The notes under the pieces were generated by a model. It made no database searches and was not told where the DNA came from. It saw only the letters and a program-made list of their open reading frames with translations. From assembly GCA_036172245.1 (NCBI GenBank), contig JAYWIR010000052.1:558001-622000 (forward strand): a stretch of 64,000 nt of DNA, in the 5' to 3' direction. Shown one piece after another: positions 60,900 to 64,000 of this stretch (within the stretch, counting starts at the first letter, position 1; each line of letters starts with the position of its first letter). This DNA is from Raillietiella orientalis. Lineage: Eukaryota. A program made the translations under genes and the position numbers.

Positions 60900-63100
60900 G
60901 CCTGTTGACCACACGTTGCTGAATGTGTTTATCCAAATAAGGACGAACGCTTGCGGCCATGAAACGCATCGAAAAGGTGATCGTCATGTGTACTGGCAGC
61001 AGCGCACCAGCCGTGTCTTGTTTGGTGCCATACCAACGGGTCTTTCTTTCGTTTTTAAGGTCACGTCGCAAAACCTGAGGTTCAAATAGAATTTACTTCA
61101 AGTGTGTGCGTCTGTGTTTGCAGCATCCGTTCGGTGAACCGAATGGAACGGTGATGGGGTGGGGTGAGGAACCTGACGTGTCGTTTGTCAGGGATGGCTA
61201 CTTTTAGCGCTATCTTCGCGCGTCTGATAACGGTTCGGCAAGCCGAAGTTTCCGGCGAAGTTTCGCCGAAAATCCATGGCTTCCCTTATCGCAAAGATAA
61301 ATGAAGCGATTTTCTTGGAATTTCTCTTGCCGTCCGGCGCTGGGGCGGCGCACCGTGGGAGTTGGCTCCCGCGTCTTTTTTCCTGGTAAACGCAGCTTCT
61401 GAAATAGCCGAATCAGGAAGCGCGTTTCCACGCACCCTGGAGCTGCCGATGAGTCAGACGGGAGGTCGCGAGCCCTTCCCTATCTTTGCAGACGTCGGAG
61501 AGAGCCGCATCCGTCAACCGGAATGATTCATGCCGGATTCTGGTGCATCGTGCCGATCTCCTGCCGAGCGCAGTCGCGCCTGGGTTCCTTTCGCAAGCAC
61601 GGGGTAACCCAGATTTCCTGGTTCCTGCGAGCAAGCGGACTTTGGTCTCCTGGAACTTCCACCTGCAAGCAGAGCGGTATTAGCTGCGGAGAGGTGCCGT
61701 TCGGAGGGCAGTCCCCGGACGTGGCCTCCTCGAGCCGAACAGCGTCCTCACGGGGTGCGAAGGACGATGTCCCCGGTGGCGGCATTTTGACTTGGGGCAT
61801 TCCGCATCCACTCGGGATTTCGATCGTAGTGGTCTAAGGGTCGGAGACTGCACGCTCGGGCCGGTGCAAGAAAAGTTCTTGGCGTTCTTCCTCACCGTGG
61901 TCCCCTGCGCCGAGTCCGCGTTTCGAGTCACGCCTCCGCTCCCACTAGTCGCGTGCTCTTGGACGGCCACTTGGGGGAGATATTTCCCAAGTCGAATGCA
62001 AAATGTGCCGATTCTTCGCGTCAGCTTCGGCTTCTACGAGGCGGTTTGCTCTTCCGTGCCTGTTGACGATTCGTCCAGCGTCCGCTTTCCGCTTCTTCCC
62101 TTCCGATCTTTCCGGTACGCCCCAGCGTTTTTCAAAAACGGAAATATCCCGCAGCAGATCCGTCGGTTTCCAGAATCGCTGGAGATGCGCGAAATTGGGT
62201 TTCGCCGCTCCCCGAACGCGAGAAGCGTTGGCGTGGCCTGCGGGAAACTTTTGCCGAGGATGCCCGTAGGCAACTCCGGCAGGCTGCGCATGACGATCCA
62301 GGGATCCTGTGCACAGTTCACCACCGTGCACCTCCTCGTGTCGTTCCTGCAGGCACTTCGCTGGGGTGACTCGTTCAGCTCGATGGCGGGGCACTACGTG
62401 TGGGCCTCGTTCGTGAGCGCCTTCGTTGCCTGCTGCCCTTCTGGGTTCTCCAGGTGTGTCTGTGGTTTACCTTGGGGGTCTTGCCAGAGGAGGGGATTCG
62501 TTTCCTCTCGTGCATCGCTCTCAGCCGGGGGGGGGGGGGGGGAGGAATCTCATCGGCGTTGTCGAGACATCCACGTCAGTTCATTTCTAGTCTTGAGCGA
62601 AGCGACGAATGTCTAGGTGAAAGCGGGTGGGGGCTCCTCAAGAGTGGGAATGACACTCCGGTCAGCATGGGTATTTATTTATAAGTTGCAACATGAGTTA
62701 CCCCCTTTCGTCTTGTCTGTCGTTTTGTTTAAGAAAAGCAGGAAGAAGAAGAAAAAATCAACCGTGTGGATCCTGACACGGTCATCCTTAGACTTCTCGG
62801 TAGGATTCCTCACCAACGAGAGCTGCTGTTGGCCTCTCTTGCAAGTTCATGCCGCCAGTGGATCTGATGGGGTCATGGTTCTCGTGAAAGACCGCGCCGC
62901 TGTTGTTCAGGACACGATCAGCAGCGAGTTTGCGTCTGGATGTGCACCAGGTGTCCTCGGAAATGTTGCCCCGTCTCTGACTTCTCCGAACCGTGTTCCA
63001 TGTCGACGGTACTCATCTCCCGATTAAAGGGCGTCTGCGGTTCCAGCGATTCACTCATAAAGAAGCATGGATGATCATTTAAGATGGCTCGTCGAAGTTA
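60900..63100 (-). mobile_element. Decayed L1/Tx1-like 5' part (ORF1 remnant and endonuclease) converging on the importin 3' end
   Basis: 'AKCLQERHEE...PAGVAY' (LQETH...GVAI), 'DSGNRRICCGIFPFLKNAGAY', 'TRLGKYL' (SRLD-like); upstream 'TRFGEVRD' ORF1-like. Confidence 0.62.
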
Positions 63101-64000
63101 ACTGTTGGTTTTACGGCAGCCAATTTGTATATGTCAGTACGACAACCTCTGCCTTCCTTTTAAAGGCATGAGCGTGGTTACGCAAACATGGAAAAGCCCG
63201 TGCTCAGCGAAGCCTGTGCAATCTCTTAATGGCACTAATGATGACACAAGAAGAAAAAAACGCTTTGGTTACCCTTCATCTTTCAAGCTCTCGGCTGCTT
63301 GCGAAAAAAATGACAAATGAAAGTGCCTCGCAGGATGTCAGTACCAACTCTGCTGCTTGCGAAACGGCGATGGAGGCGAATGCTGGTGCTTGCAGACTGT
63401 GAAATAAATTTCAGGAATTGCAATTCTGTTCATCGTATCCCATATTTGTGGCTGTCTTCACCATTCCCTTGCAGTCTCGCGGCATAACAGGCATTCCACG
63501 TGAAGGATCATGTATCTTTCATCATGCTTCCTCATCACTATTCGGAATTTTTTTTTTTTTTTAAAAAAATGTGATCTTCTGCTGTAGTTCTATGGGATCC
63601 CATAGTAAATGCAAAGAAGTCTCGACTGGGGTTTCAATAGGGAAGGACATATTTCAAAGGCTTTAATAATCCTAATCCATTAGTGCACTTTATGTACTGT
63701 AGAACCACTGAGCAAGGGTGTTTCGTAAAGCTGCAGCGTTTTCGACACTCCTGGTCACTCAAACGACTCGTGATTTTATTTCATACGCAAGTGCACACCA
63801 ACTCTACCAGCATGTTGTCAGCAAGCACGTGGAGCAGCTGAAGGAGGAATGAAGGAAAAAAGGCGCATGCAAACTCTCGCATGAAAAAGATGCCTTCGTG
63901 CACTTTAGAACACGAAACACAACAGGTGTGGTAGGATCATCACCATCATCCTCTGTTACAATGTGGGTTCCAAGGCACTTACTACTCTGAGTACTGAGCG

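Overview
Eukaryotic (metazoan, most likely arthropod-like) genomic DNA. Five intact, intron-containing genes can be reconstructed exon by exon, all on the + strand: UHRF1 (5592-8596, 740 aa), THOC5 (16371-21172, 698 aa), a MOK/RAGE1-type kinase (22460-27170, ~420 aa, C-terminus less certain), condensin II kleisin NCAPH2 (36441-42022, 534 aa) and a divergent importin-alpha-1-type karyopherin (48019-60839, 494 aa). Introns fall into two size classes: tiny ones (37-69 nt, often with no polypyrimidine tract, one well-supported and one possible GC-AG) and long ones filled with transposon debris. Most non-exonic DNA I could assign reads as heavily decayed non-LTR retrotransposons (L1/Tx1-like, CR1-like, I-group-like), plus one piggyBac and one hAT remnant. 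The main unexplained structure is: (1) about 18 of 19 LINE relic segments, some tentative, lie antisense to the co-oriented genes, in introns and between genes; (2) most tiny introns can fold into hairpins that pair the 5' end with the 3' half; (3) a sharp mosaic of CpG-poor and CpG-rich domains; (4) several recent fold-back or inverted duplications. Relic boundaries and clade calls come from reading degenerate motifs by eye and are approximate.
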